Origin: Adineta vaga
Taxonomy: Eukaryota > Animalia > Rotifera
Direction: 5' to 3'
Assembly (NCBI GenBank): GCA_021613535.1
Contig: CP075493.1
Location: forward strand, 9,238,001 to 9,302,000
Length of the DNA: 64,000 nucleotides
Below the pieces are notes generated by a model. That model saw only the letters and a program-made list of their open reading frames with translations. It did no database searches and was not told the DNA's origin. Shown here piece after piece: positions 1 to 13,522 of the stretch; position 1 is the first letter of the stretch, and the number at the start of each line of letters is the position of its first letter. The position numbers and the translations under genes are program-made.

Positions 1-3000
1 CGACAGATCTTCTTTTATCGGAAGAAGATCAAATTAAATCATCAAATATGAATGCCACAGATGATTCTTATTTTGATATCAATCCAAAAAATAACAATAA
101 TCAGTATGTTCTTAGTTTCATATCTTATCTATTGAATAACATTGATTCTTCTTGAAAGTGAGAGAATATATAAAAATCTCATTGAATAATGATAGATCGG
201 TCAGTTACACACAGCAAAAATATGACATGTTGAAACTGTTAAATCAATATTTGTCTCTCATTGACAACAAATCGAGAGCGCAAAAGAGAATTCATTCTAC
301 AATCATTTATTTTGAGTATCAGTTGTCATCAACAACACAATCGACGAGTGTTCTAGCAGCAATAAGCAAATATAAACACGAATTACCTGCAGCTATATAG
401 AAAAGAAATACTTCAGACAAAAAAAACTGCTACTTTTATAACTCAATGAGTGTGGCATATTTTCTCTCTTCTTCTATTTCGTTTCTCTCTCTCTCTGTCT
501 TACTTATTTCAAATATTCTAATCATTGTCAATATATTTCCTGTATTATTGACATGATCTTTAGTCACATTAGATTTCTTGATAACCTTGCTATTGGATAT
601 CTATCAATAATTGTAAAGATTTTCTATGTAGATAATCGACTATGTTACCCAAGGTTGGTCTTCTTGGTGAAATTTATCATGAATATTTTCTATTTTCCTT
701 TTTTTTGCCATTAACAAATGAGTTATTCATTCTTGAAAGAGATATATGTAAGTGAGAAGTATAATTCGTTGTTTAGAATTGTTATTTTCCAATTAATTCA
801 GTGAGATACTATGATGAGAAGAAAAGAAATAAACATTCGTTATTGAGCGACAGTTTGACTTAGAAAATTATATTATCATAAAGTGTATATTCTCAGTTAT
901 GGTAATTTTTTTTATGTTATTACTGTTGTGCGAGTCGACAACGACGAATTTGAAGGTAATATATGCCATAGACAACGACCTCAGTTAAGCACGTACGCAC
1001 ACATGTACATAACAATTTAGGTTTCTCTCTCTCTCTCTCTCGCTTGCTCGTTCGCTCTATGGTACTGATGACGTCTTTCAGTTGATCGGGTATGCGTGCG
1101 CAATTGTTGCGTCATCAAGATCTGTCGTCAGTCGATAAAGAATGATGGAACAAATTTTCTTTTTCTCTTCTCTTTTACTAATATTCTTGATCATCAAGAT
1201 GTTCCTATCTTCAGTAGTTGTATAATTATTCCAATAGGAACAGTTACTTTCATTGATTAAGAATGGAATTTTTTTCTTAAAATATGAATTCTTGTCCTTC
1301 GTGTCTGCTTCGCTTTTTTCTTCATAAGATAACCTTCAAAAGATACGAATCCAGAGGCCTCCTTCTGTCTGAACAAACAAGGTCAATGTTCCGATGCAAT
1401 CGACTTTTTTTCTCTCGGTTTTCTTTTTGTTCGAATTAATTTTCAGTCGTCTTTATATTTGACATTCGACATATTAGATATTTGTTTGTTTGCAGAGAAG
1501 AACTTGATCAAACGAATTCAAACGATATTTTAACAATGCGTACGAATACAAATGAATTAAATATTCATTTACTTCTATCGAATGATATCGATCGAATACG
1601 AGAACTAGGTAAATAAAAACCATAATCTATTTCTATCACCAACATCAAATGTTTATCTTTTCAGCTCTATCGAATTTATTGAAGATGACTGAAGAAAATT
1701 GTACATTGGAAAATGTACATAGTTATGAAGCAATGTAAGTACAAACGATGGCGATCTTATGGTTGACGCAAAATAATTTAATTTAGAACTTTGACAAAAT
1801 TAAATAAACTTCCGAAGTCAACAACATGGAAAGGCAAACGTGTCTTTGGTGTTCCATTACGTGTTTATCAACAAACAACTGGGCAAATTCTACCCATCCC
1901 AATAACGAATGCATTACAATACATTCGCCTACATGCTGGTAAATGCGATGGATTATTTCGTAAACCAGGTGTTAAATCAAAAATTGAACGTTTACGTTCA
2001 CAAATTGAAACATGGAATGAATCATCTGATGAATCTTCATTAGATTCAATTAAATTTGACGATTATCAACCATATGTTGTAGCAGATACTATTCGACAAT
2101 ATTTTCGTGAACTACCTGAATGTCTTATACCACCAATAATAACACGATTATTATGTGATCTACTTAAAAGTAAAAGAATTTGTAGGATTTCATTCAATGA
2201 ATTTCTAAGATTAAAAATTTTAGATTTATCACAAGAAGATCAATTATTAGCGATACGTTATTCATTCTTTTTATTATCAGATGAAACTCGTGAAGTATTA
2301 GAAACAATTCTTCGATTTCTCTTAGATATATCCGTACGATTAGGAAATAGTCAAGTAAGAAAGAAGAATTCAGAATTTTTTATTCATACTATCTCCCATT
2401 TTGTTTTGCAAAGGTTAATTGTCGAAGTTTAGCACGTATTTTTCTCCCGTCTGTTTTTCAATCATTTTATGATATGCATCATACATCATCGAAGATTCTT
2501 TGGTGGAAATGGAAAAAAGAAAAATTGGACGGTATTTCTCAAGAAAATGATCGTTTAATCTTAGAAAATTGTTTGATGACAATGATACTCAATGTCGATA
2601 TACTATGTCGAGTAGGAAAAGAAAATCAATTTGTTCTCTTTAATATATATATATATATATTCGTTTGTATATATACATAGGTTCCAAGTGCACTTAGTGA
2701 TGAATTAAACTTGCCGCTAGCAAGAAAAACAAAACGATTGGATGAACTTGTTCGTAATGCATGTAATGGAGAATTTCATATAAAGAAATATATATCGAAA
2801 AATAGTGAACAATTTCTTCAAGTAAGCATTAAATTTTTTTATTAGATTTTATTATTAAAAAAAATTACTTTTTCAAAATAGCGTTTATCGACTATAAAAT
2901 TTAAAAATATTCCAACCAATATCGATAGTGTTAATATATGATACATAAACCATCGAATTCAGATGAGAATAATCTACCCATATGGAAATGTTCTATTGAT

Positions 3001-3600
3001 ATACCAAATACAAATGTTAAACAAGTCTATCAGAGAATTGTACATGATCGATATTTATGGGATAAACATGTAGTGGAAAGTCGAACAGTAGAAAAAATTG
3101 ATGATGATAAAGAAATAGTGCAATATGTACTTAATTATCTTGATCTTGTTCCTGTTCGATCATTTTGTGAATTTCGGTAATTATTTTCTTTTGTGAAATA
3201 TTTTCAAATGACAATTTCTCATTTTATTTTAGTTTTTCAAAAAAAATCACTTCACGTTCAGCATCTGATGCAAATGCAATGCTTATAAGCGCTATTTCTA
3301 TTGATCATTTACAAAATCATTTCTTACCAGGTAGTATGGGCATTACTTACAAAATGCATTATTATATAACACCATCTCCGACACAACCTGGTCGTACAAC
3401 AGTAACCCAAATTGCTTGTGTAGATTTCAGGTTTGATATCTATATAAATTTAAAGAAAAACAAAACAAAAAGAAAACTTTGATTTTGTTTTCAGTGGACG
3501 ATCTACACAATGGTATGAGAATGTATATGGTTGTTTATTAGCACATAATCTTCTATCATTACGAAATACATTTACGAATACAAATCCTGTTCGAATTTAA
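1..3600 (+). CDS. RhoGAP + START domain protein (DLC1/STARD13/crossveinless-c family), multi-exon, 5' end outside window
   Basis: Exon 1-103 splices in frame over a ~1.4 kb intron to 1496. RhoGAP motifs VFGVPL, GLFRKPG (arginine finger) and YFRELPE; START-like exons (YLWDKHVVESRTVEKID, IACVDF/SGRSTQWY); stop TAA at 3598-3600. Confidence 0.9.
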
Positions 3601-4054
3601 AATTTATTAAATGAATAAAATCTCTTCATTAGCATTCCTTTTATTGAAAGAAAAAAAAAGAAGAAGAAAGTGTCTCCTTCTTCTTCTTCTTTTGTGTCGT
3701 TTTATTGACAAAGGATTATGACTGTATATTACTGAACTCCTGACGTTATTTAAGGAGACATGCTCTACTATTTAATCCTTCTGCTTGTCTCAGAATACCG
3801 TCCTCAATTATTTTTTCTTGACAAGAAAAAAACATCAATAATAATCATTATTCATAATATACGCATTTATCTTTTCTTTTTGTTGTTCTTATTTTTTCTT
3901 TCATAAAACAATTTTGAATGTCTCATTATACAAAGAAAAAACAGAATTAAAGTGAAAATCTATTGATACAACAATTAGTACTTTAATTAATATTCGCTTA
4001 AATCATAAACACACGTGCAGAAAACGAGAAAACACACACCGGTCGACTAAAAAT

Positions 4055-4327
4055 TTAAACAAGTGCTTCTTTGGTTTCATTATATTTAATAATACACCAC
4101 TGTTTATTTTTCGGACTTTGTTTAATAATTTCCAGTGGTTTTGTGCGTAAACTTCGTCGTTGATAGGCTGCTGCTGAAAATGTTTTCACACTATGGCGTA
4201 AACTACTAAAACGACGTAGTGTAGCTGGTGGTGTTTCAGGTGGTTTTAATTCGCATATTGTTGGTTTTGTTGTATGAATTCGAGTTAAATCATAACAGGC
4301 AGAACGTTTGCTATAGCATGTACCCAT
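4055..4327 (-). CDS. Small 90-aa protein with N-terminal myristoylation/palmitoylation-type motif (MGTCYSK)
   Basis: Single-exon ORF with MGxCxSK start and RRFSS/RRSL basic kinase sites; a 54-nt GT-AG intron (4375-4428) can be drawn in the 5' UTR. Confidence 0.6.
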   Translation of the reverse strand: MGTCYSKRSACYDLTRIHTTKPTICELKPPETPPATLRRFSSLRHSVKTFSAAAYQRRSLRTKPLEIIKQSPKNKQWCIIKYNETKEALV

Positions 4328-5221
4328 TTTATGGTTTTTCTATTTGTTATTTCAGTTCAACTACTCAGACAGATCTAGAGACGACAGATGAAATACGTAA
4401 AAACATTTGAGTGATAACAGAGACATACGTACTGTTGTTGATTGTCAATCATTATCGCAAACGATTATGGTTTAATAAGAAAACATGTGACCGATGTATC
4501 TTGTCGCTTGTCAAGGTCACTTATGTTGTATGGAAAAGGAAAAAAGCGAAAGCACACACAGACACTACGGTCAACAATAACACTTTTGATTGATATTGAC
4601 CGAACGAAGAAAAAACACCTATTCTTATGTTCGCTTTTGTTCGAAGGAAGGAAGGAAAGAAGGAAGTTGACCGAATCAGCAGCAGAAAATTTGAAAAAAA
4701 AGAATGAAAAAATTCTTCTTAAACAATAACTGCTTGAAACATGAGATGTGCATATATGTCGCAGGTCGAATTAAAATGCATAAAATCAAAATTTCCATAT
4801 ACAAAAAAAAATGAAAGGATATACTCTGAAATGGATGTTTCTATTTCTAAAGCTTAAATAGTACATTTTATAATAAACTACCATGTAAGTCTATCTAGAT
4901 ATGATGAGTGCAAATGTTTTATATAAAAACGAATTAATATTCATGCCTCTATTCTCGAGATTTTTCTTGCTTCAAGACTATTTTTCCTGTTTTATAAGTT
5001 TCCTTCGTTTTTCATGTTAAAAACAACAAAGACATTTGTATATTTGAATTAATGCTGTTAACCTTTCAATCTGTTTTAGTTCTATTTAAAACGGAACTGG
5101 ATTTTAATGATACAAATTTAAATTGAAGATTATAATCGTTGCGCAAAGATCATTCGATGATATGTAACACCGACACCATCTATTGTTTATCTGACAGTTC
5201 ACGAGTAGATATCAAATAACT

Positions 5222-6130
5222 CTAAAATGCACAGATTTTGTTTTTGATATAACGTCTTAAATTTTGATTGCACCAGAATAGATCACACATGCAAATGAAC
5301 ACACTAATAACAGATAACACTTGCAAAAGTGCGTACACCAATGGACTGACATTGCCACTGTAATCAAGAGCAACAAGAGAAAAAATTGGAGTCCATCCAA
5401 TGATAAACATTGAAAACATAAAGACCGTATGTTTCAATAAATATAAATCACGACGATTAATTGTTGGTTTTGGACGAATGATTACACCGCCTGCAGTTGT
5501 AGTCATTTGTGGATGAATTCGCAGAGATGAAGAATGAACGTATTTGTATATTGCCACATTTAAACTGAGAGTGAACAATACTGGAATAATTATGGCGATA
5601 ATGACTGTGTATACCAATAGCCATTGTGGAACACCACAGTACTAAAATGTAAAAACTATTGATAAGACAAGTTTGCTACAGTATAACTAATTCTTTACTG
5701 AATTGACGTAGAATGTAAATGGTAACGAAACTAGACCACCAACTATCCATTGATTTGCAATACATATGAACATGAATTTTTTTGTTTTAAAAAATTGTTC
5801 TGTATGATAAACAATCGCAAAGAATCGATTGATAGTAAATGTTACAAATGCAAATGAACATTCACAGAGACATATTGATTGAATATAGAATAGGAACGTG
5901 CAAGTTCTTTCTGTAAATAAATATTCAATATAATATTCATACATGACAAAATAGACCATGAAATAAACTGAAGTGGAAATCACACCGAAGCAAATATTCA
6001 ATATAAGGATATGAATACGTTTATATAAACTTCGTATGAATAATAATAGAAGAGAATAAAATAATGAAAGAAATATACTCATGCCGAATACGATGGTTTT
6101 CAATAAGAAAATCGATGAAATATTTGCCAT
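5222..6130 (-). CDS. Divergent rhodopsin-like 7TM GPCR (two exons)
   Basis: ORFs 5687-6130 and 5222-5617 joined by intron ~5643-5696; seven hydrophobic segments, INRF (DRY equivalent), FIIGWTP in TM6, basic helix 8. Confidence 0.85.
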
Positions 6131-7687
6131 GATCTCAGATATACGTGAAAGTGAATAAGTTGATGATGCTGAAATGTTAGAAATGAAAGGAAGTCAGTTC
6201 AGTCAAATACTGAGCAACAAAGTAATATTGTGCTCACGTCAGTATGGAATAAAAATATCTTTAAAAGCTTTTTCTTCTAAAGATAAAAATATATTCGTCG
6301 ATAGAGAAGGTTATTTAGTTAACGCCTGATAAGTCACAAAATCTAATAAAGAATCTGACAATAACTATCATTATATCGTCTTAATGTTTTGTGCCATCAG
6401 CTTGTTCAACGAACCATGATCTGACGTTGCCAAAATTATGCAGATAATTTCTTGATCACGAAGTAATTGATCGTATTAATTTTAAAGTTTGATAACGAGT
6501 ACTTTATTTTTATTATTATTGTCGAAATCATGAATTTATTCATGCAAAAATGGCTCAAAAGGACATTGACTTACTTTTCCTCACATCATCGAATACAGAG
6601 AGTGATACAGCAAAGCATGATCGTGTTTTATATTGAAAGTTTCGATTCTATGATCTTTTATGATTCTTTCTGACTTCCATATCCAGCTAATCGAGTATTA
6701 GAAAAAAAGAAGTGAAAAGATAGTTTTACCATGTTCGGTAATTCATTTTCGTGCAAGATTGTATCTTTTTATCAAAACAACGGAATACGCTATATACACT
6801 GTTTATTCATTTAATTCAGTATTATCTCATTCAGTTTCTGTTTTACTTTTGTTTTCTCTTCTCTTCTACTTATTGTTGTCTTTGATAAAACTGCTCATTC
6901 TTCTCCTCAATAAAAAAAGTCATTTACATAAAGTTTCATGAAATTTTTGATAATCATGGACAACAGCTGATGAAATAGTATAATTATCAAGATTCACAGC
7001 TGTGTGAATACCTTTTTGAAAGGAGTTTCCATTGCATCAAAAGACCCATATAGTAAATTTAAGTGTATTAACAATATAACGGTTTCGTCGAATACTTTCA
7101 TCGTATCCTATCCTCTTTTTAATAGAATTATTAATTCTTAAACGTCTTTGAATGTTGATTGAGAGTGATTTTGTTGCGTTCATGACTCTGATAAAATGAT
7201 CGTATTTATGACTAACTAATTGGAAATGTTTGTTCTATTTAGAAGTATCATGGCAAGTTTTCCAATGACTCACTGACAAGAGAACATGAAAAAGTCAAAA
7301 TCCGAAGACATATTTTGAAAATAGTAGCATACCAAGATATAACCTTCATTCTCAAATATCGTCAATTGTTTACATATATTAATGATATGATTATATAAAA
7401 ATAAGAAATAGAATATCTATAAATATTTAACTATGTCTAAGATTAGACTGAGATGTCTCATAGTATTTCCAGACAGATCAAATTAATATTAAGTATGGTA
7501 CTATTTTCTTTTTTATATAATATTCAAAATTTCCTAGAATTTCTGTATTTTCGTTCATACATCTAGGTTTTATCTAAAAAATAAAATAAAACAAAACAAT
7601 CATAAAAGAATAGTCATATTCCAAACGAAAAAAAACAAACAAACACACTAAAGAATTATTTCATTGTAAATAATGAGCCGTTGTAAA

Positions 7688-9271
7688 CTAAGTATTTAGT
7701 GATGAAGAATCATTTGTTGTTTCATCAATTTCAACAATTTGATGTTCATTATCATTCATTTTCATGTGATAATCTCCGACATTTGTAATAATTTCTGTTT
7801 CTTCTAAAATTCTCGTGATTGGAATATCGACAACACTAGGTGAGACTGTTTCAGATGGTTTGCTGTGAGAATAAAGACTTTGAAATGTATTATAAAAATT
7901 ACTATCACTCGGCTTTTCATGATTTGTTTTCGGTGTCATTCGATGCGTTGTTGTATAAGACTTTGGATTGGATGGTAAATCAGTTTGTCGTTCGGGTTTG
8001 ACATAATTCGAGGTCATCGTATTGTATTCATCAGTGATATTATCCACAACAGGTTTCATTGTGCCTTCTAATAAATTTCGATATGTTTCAATTTCTTTTT
8101 CTAATGATGTTTGTTTATAAATGACATCTTCATAATCTTGTGAAGTTTTTTCATGTTGCAATTTAAATTGATTAATTTCATTCTGTTGTAGTTGTTCAAT
8201 GCGTTGATTTTCATCAGTCATCATTTCAACTTTTATTTGTAATTCACGAATATGTAATTTCAATTCAGCAGTTTTTTGTTTTAAAGTATTTATATCTGTT
8301 CGAACACGTTGAATATCTAAACGTACACGATCTTCTTCTTGTTTAATACGTTCTTGTTCACGTTCATTTAAAAATAAATGTGCTAATTCTGGATATTGTC
8401 GAATAATACTATCATATGATTGAGTAAATTGTGTATATAATTCATTTCGATGTGTATCATTTTCTCTTTCAAAATCTTCACGAACACGTCGAATTGCATT
8501 GGATAATTCAGATTTAAAGACATGTGCACGATCATTTGTAGAATTGGAACCGGCCATTAATGCTGAATGTTTAACATCTTTTAATTTCTGTTGTTGTTGT
8601 TCACGTAATCGAGCGATTTCACCATGTAATTGTTTCGTTTTCTGTTCGCCTGATGTTCTTCCAATAGATTCTGTATGAATTTCATTTTTCGTTTGTACTA
8701 ATAGACGTTGTATATGAGCAATAAGTTGTTTCCATTGATTTTGTTCATTATCTTGATGACCGAGACGACGTTTATACATTAAAATATCACCTTCAATTGA
8801 TGATAATTGTCGTTCGAGTTTTTCAGTATCATATTTGGATCCATCACGTTCTCGAAATGTTTGATTTAATTGTTGTTTTAATGGAAGAACAGTATTCTAA
8901 AAAAAACAAATGGAATGGTAAATGAACTACAGGATTTTATTGAAAGATGTACTAACTTGTGTTACTTGAGCAATTGAAAATGTCTCATTTTTATCTTTGA
9001 ATAATTTCTCGACGATTTCTTTTAGTTGAAGAATTTCTACTTCAAATTTCGATTTTATTCTTTGACAATTTTCATGTTCTTTTTCTGTAAGAAGATTTGC
9101 ATCCATTTGAATTTGCTTATTTTGTGCTTCTAAATATCGGACTTTTTCGACATAATCAGCAAATTTATCATTCAATGTAGATAATTCAAATCTTTCTTTT
9201 TCTCGTGCTTGAGTATATAGAGGTGGTTTTGTCATTGGAAAAGATGAATTACGATACGTTGAAGCCGACAT
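7688..9271 (-). CDS. Cytoplasmic intermediate filament protein (two exons)
   Basis: Rod start LNDKFADYVEKVRYLEAQN and rod end LEKEIETYRNLLEG; 60-nt intron 8897-8956; likely ATG at 9271 (MSAST). Confidence 0.9.
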
Positions 9272-9579
9272 GATGTATGATTGATTATCAAACTTGTTCG
9301 AATCGACAAATGCTGCTGAATGTGCACGAGAAGATGTAAAAGTATTGTTGTTTTTGCTATTCGTTGATGCTTGTGGAACACAAGTGTCTACTAATAACGA
9401 CGATGATGAGGTTGATGATGATGATGTTGATGTTTGAGACAATGGTAAACTATTCTTAAGAGTTGACAACGAGTATGGTAATGGGAGGAGACCGAGAAAA
9501 ATGTTGCTCGGCACTATACCTATTATTGGAAAGAGAAAAGAAGAAAGAAAGTAATCTGATAATGCTTTTCACATACATA

Positions 9580-9611
9580 CACACGCACACGCACACACAC
9601 ACACACACACA
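9580..9611. repeat. (CA)n microsatellite
   Basis: Imperfect CA dinucleotide run seen directly, upstream of the intermediate filament gene. Confidence 0.9.
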
Positions 9612-10657
9612 TACATCTTACAAAAAACGAATGTAAAAAAAAATTTGTCAAGTAAACTTTTTTTCTGTTTTAGAAAAATATAAGAATCTCCATCACTGCT
9701 TATTATTGTCCTTGAGACTAACATTTGTACAGAACGGAACATTAAAAGAAAATGTTTATCTTGGTTGTTTTTTCTTCGATCTCTTTCTATTTCTTAGATC
9801 AACCGAAAAAATAAGCACTTGTCATTACGTAGTAAATAATGCGTATTTAGACGTATGCAAAATAATAAATTAATATTAAATTACCTAGAGATTTATCATC
9901 GTTTAAAACAGATTCCATGTATTGATAAAACAGACGATTAAAAATAACAAATTAAAATGAAGAAATTTTACAATGTAATGTTCGACAACCGATTATGTCT
10001 GTTGATTTTTCCATATGGTAGTAAATTTAATCATCTTACATGAGATCCTATGCAAACATATACATACTTGATAAATCGTCTTATCTATTGTTGCTTTTCT
10101 CTTTGCACCCTTTGTCTTACTGTATATAGTAGACGCATACAGAAAAAGCGAGATTTCAATGTTGTTCGAATAAAAAATGCAAACTCCTCAAACCTATAAA
10201 ATTCATTTTTCTTCTATTTTATATTTATTATTGTTCGCAAGCTATGTAATGTGATAATAATATGAACAAATATAATTATAGCAAAGTGAAAATTTCGCAT
10301 GTATACATAAAAAAGATGACTTAGAAGTGACTTCGTTATTTTTTTTGATCGGAAGGATTCTTATTACTGTTTTGTACTTCATTCTATGAACATGATATGA
10401 AGTTTAAAAGATTCTTTTGAATACTTGCGATGTAATTGAAAAAAGAGATATAAACAATACCAAAAAATGATGATGATTGTGTACTTCTGTACATTCAAAT
10501 TGTAGATGTCACTAATATCCAAGTCTATCGAGGACATTCATCGACATTCGATTATTTCTTTCAACCAACGAATGAAGATCATCTCGTTTTCTTCTTCATT
10601 CGTCTCATCAGATTTTTATTTCGTAGTGTAAGAAAAACTGTTCGAAAGATATTCAAA

Positions 10658-12954
10658 ATGGCTAAATCTTCGAAGAAATCTGTTAAACCCAAATCACGTT
10701 CAAAAATGACACGTGAAAAGAAGAAGCCACAAGCTGGTAAAATTTCCAAACAAGAAAGGAAATTTCATCAAAAAGTTAAATCTAAAGTTCCATTGAAAAA
10801 AAATAAAGCAATGTATCAAAAACATAAATTACAACCAAAGAAAATTCAACAAAATTTATCAATGGATACTGATATTATCGAAGATAATGATGATGAACTT
10901 ATTTTACCGTTAGATATGCTTTCGGATGAAGAAAATGAACAAGTCAATATTCAAACCGATGATGAAGATGATAATGAACAGATTGCATCCTATGAACGTA
11001 TACCACGTTTTTCATTTGCTGATACCAATCGACAACGACCATTATTACCAATAAAAACCGATCGTGGACAATTCATTGCTCAATCAACAGCCATTGTGGA
11101 AGAAGAAATTCCATATGAAGACGAAGAAGAAGAAATAGAAGATGAAACAATATCCACGAGTTCTCCAGCAAAACCGTCAAAACCTGTTTCTGTCATTGAA
11201 TTAATGGCTGAACGTGATAGAAAACTTAATGAAACAAAACAAACTATTGTTACTCTATGTGATTCAATTATGAAAAGTCCATATGAAGAAATTTCGAACT
11301 TAAAACAGCTACGTTTATTATTGAATCTTGGTGATCCATTAATATCATTAACTGTACGTAAGTTAACTATGCTTTCCTTAGTCGAATTATTTCGTGATAT
11401 TGTTCCTGGTTATCGTATACGTTCATTAAAAGAACAAACGAAAGACGACGATGAAGAAATGAAAACAATCAAGAGTAAAAAAGGAATGCATAAAGAAAAT
11501 TTATCAAAAGATGTCAAAGTTATTCGTCATTTTGAACAAACTTTATTGAAGCATTATCAATTTTTTCTTCATTTTCTTGAACAATGTGCCAAGAAAAATC
11601 TTCCTGATAATCATCTTGCTAAAAAAAAACATAAAGAATCAAAAAGTATTGAATCGCCCAAACTTCATCTCGGACATTTAGCTATTCAATGTCTATGCAA
11701 ATTATTAACTCTTTTACATCATTTCAATTTTCGTAGTAATCTACTGAATGTTGTCGTTCAGTACATGGCTAGCAAGTAAGATACATTCAAATGAATGAAA
11801 ACTCAATAACACTTTTTTTTGCTTGTTTGCCTTTTAGCGATCTAATTGTACAACAACAATGTTGTACATGTATATCTGATCTTCTTCGAAATGATCGTTC
11901 AGGTGAATTATCACTTGAAGTTGTTCGTTTTGTCTCACGTGTATTAAAAACTCGTTCATATGCTGTTGAACCATGTGTACTCGATGTTTTTCTTTCACTT
12001 AATATTCGTGAAATTTCGCCTATTGAAGAAAAAAAACAAGAAAAATCTTCCAGACCAGATTATCGTACTCAAAAATTATCACGTCGTGATCGTCGTCAAC
12101 ATAAAGAAAAACAAGAATTAAACAAAGTACTTGAAAGTAAAACTTTAGCTAATCGTCAAGATAAACGATTAAAAATTAATCGTCAAATCATTGAATTGAT
12201 ATTTTTAAATTATTTTCGACTATTAAAACGTCGTTTGAATTTACGATTAATGCCAAGTGTTTGCGAAGGTCTAGCTAGATTTGCTAATTTAATTAATATT
12301 GAATATATGGATGATTTAATCGCATGTTTTTATGATGAATTATCCTCGGAACAAACTGGTTTAACAACACGTGCAAAATTTCATTGTTTAATTACTGTTT
12401 TTTCCATATTAAATCGTCAACAAGTATTAATTCATATTGATCCACAACGATTTTATGCTCTATTTTATTCCTTATTATTACCATGTCCATCTGATCATGA
12501 TATTGATCTTGTCATTAAATTACTTCAATTAATGTTAATTGATCGTTATAAACATTTATCGAAAAATAAATTATTAGCATTTGTCAAACGTTTATTAACG
12601 ATGACATTAGAATTACAAATAAGTAAATCAATCAATGCAATTCTAGTAATGATTAAAGCATTATTAACAATTTCACCGATGATAACTGAACAATTATTTG
12701 ATAATGAATTTTCTGGTTCTGGAATCAAATATTTAATTGAATTTAATGATCCCGAATATTGTAATGCACAAAATGCAACAATATATGAATTGATTTTATT
12801 GAAAACAAGATCGGATAAACAGATTCGACAACAATGTGACGAGATTTTAAGTGGAAAATTTCAATCGGATACCCATGTTTTACGATCATGTCAGGAGAAT
12901 GCATTAGCATATCTTCAATTGACTGATAATAATCAACAAGAAAAAGAAAAATAA
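10658..12954 (+). CDS. NOC3L: Nucleolar complex protein 3 homolog (two exons)
   Basis: Basic then acidic N-terminus, LPIKT, LFRDIVPGYRIR, HFNFRSNLL, EGLARFANLINIEY and DPEYCNA motifs; intron ~11776-11838. Confidence 0.93.
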
Positions 12955-13522
12955 ACTACGACGATTATTGTTATTGTTATTGTTGAGTTTTTTTTTCTGT
13001 TAAAAAGAAAAGATTTTGTTTTGAAAACGAATTTTTAGTATTATTTAATCATGTAACGGTCGATTTATATGAAAACAAAACATATTATTCTCTCATGGTT
13101 CTATTCTGGCACAAAGTTCTACCTATATTCTCATATAGCACAGGTGATGTCTGATGTATTAAATTGCCGTATGTATGTGTCAACGGCACGAATGATACCC
13201 GTTAAAAGGATAAAAGATACTTTATTTGTTATTTCGTTTATACATACATATATACATGAAAAGAGAGAAAAAAAAAGAAGACGAGTATTTTCAAAGCATT
13301 TTCATGTAACATTGGATAATGATGAATAAAAAGTCAAGAAATGATTGTAAACTATTATTTTCATCTCGGTAAGTAAGTCAGAAGAAAGATGATGGAAACA
13401 AAGAAATATATTTTACTACCAATCAGAGAAAATGCTTTTGCTCTTTCTTTCTTTCGTCAGTCGATAGACTAAAGTGATTTTTTTATTCGTTTCGTTCGTT
13501 TGTTCGTATTGTGTATAACTCG

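Noticed and set aside
152-400. 82-aa ORF from the track
   Set aside because: TTG start, lies inside the long RhoGAP intron, no recognisable motif.
6967-7105. CTGATGA and GAAAC motifs suggesting a hammerhead ribozyme
   Set aside because: The motifs are on opposite strands and the required stems do not form.
9272-9514. N-terminal extension of the IF ORF
   Set aside because: Begins at GTG; the first ATG is at 9271, so this is more likely 5' UTR.
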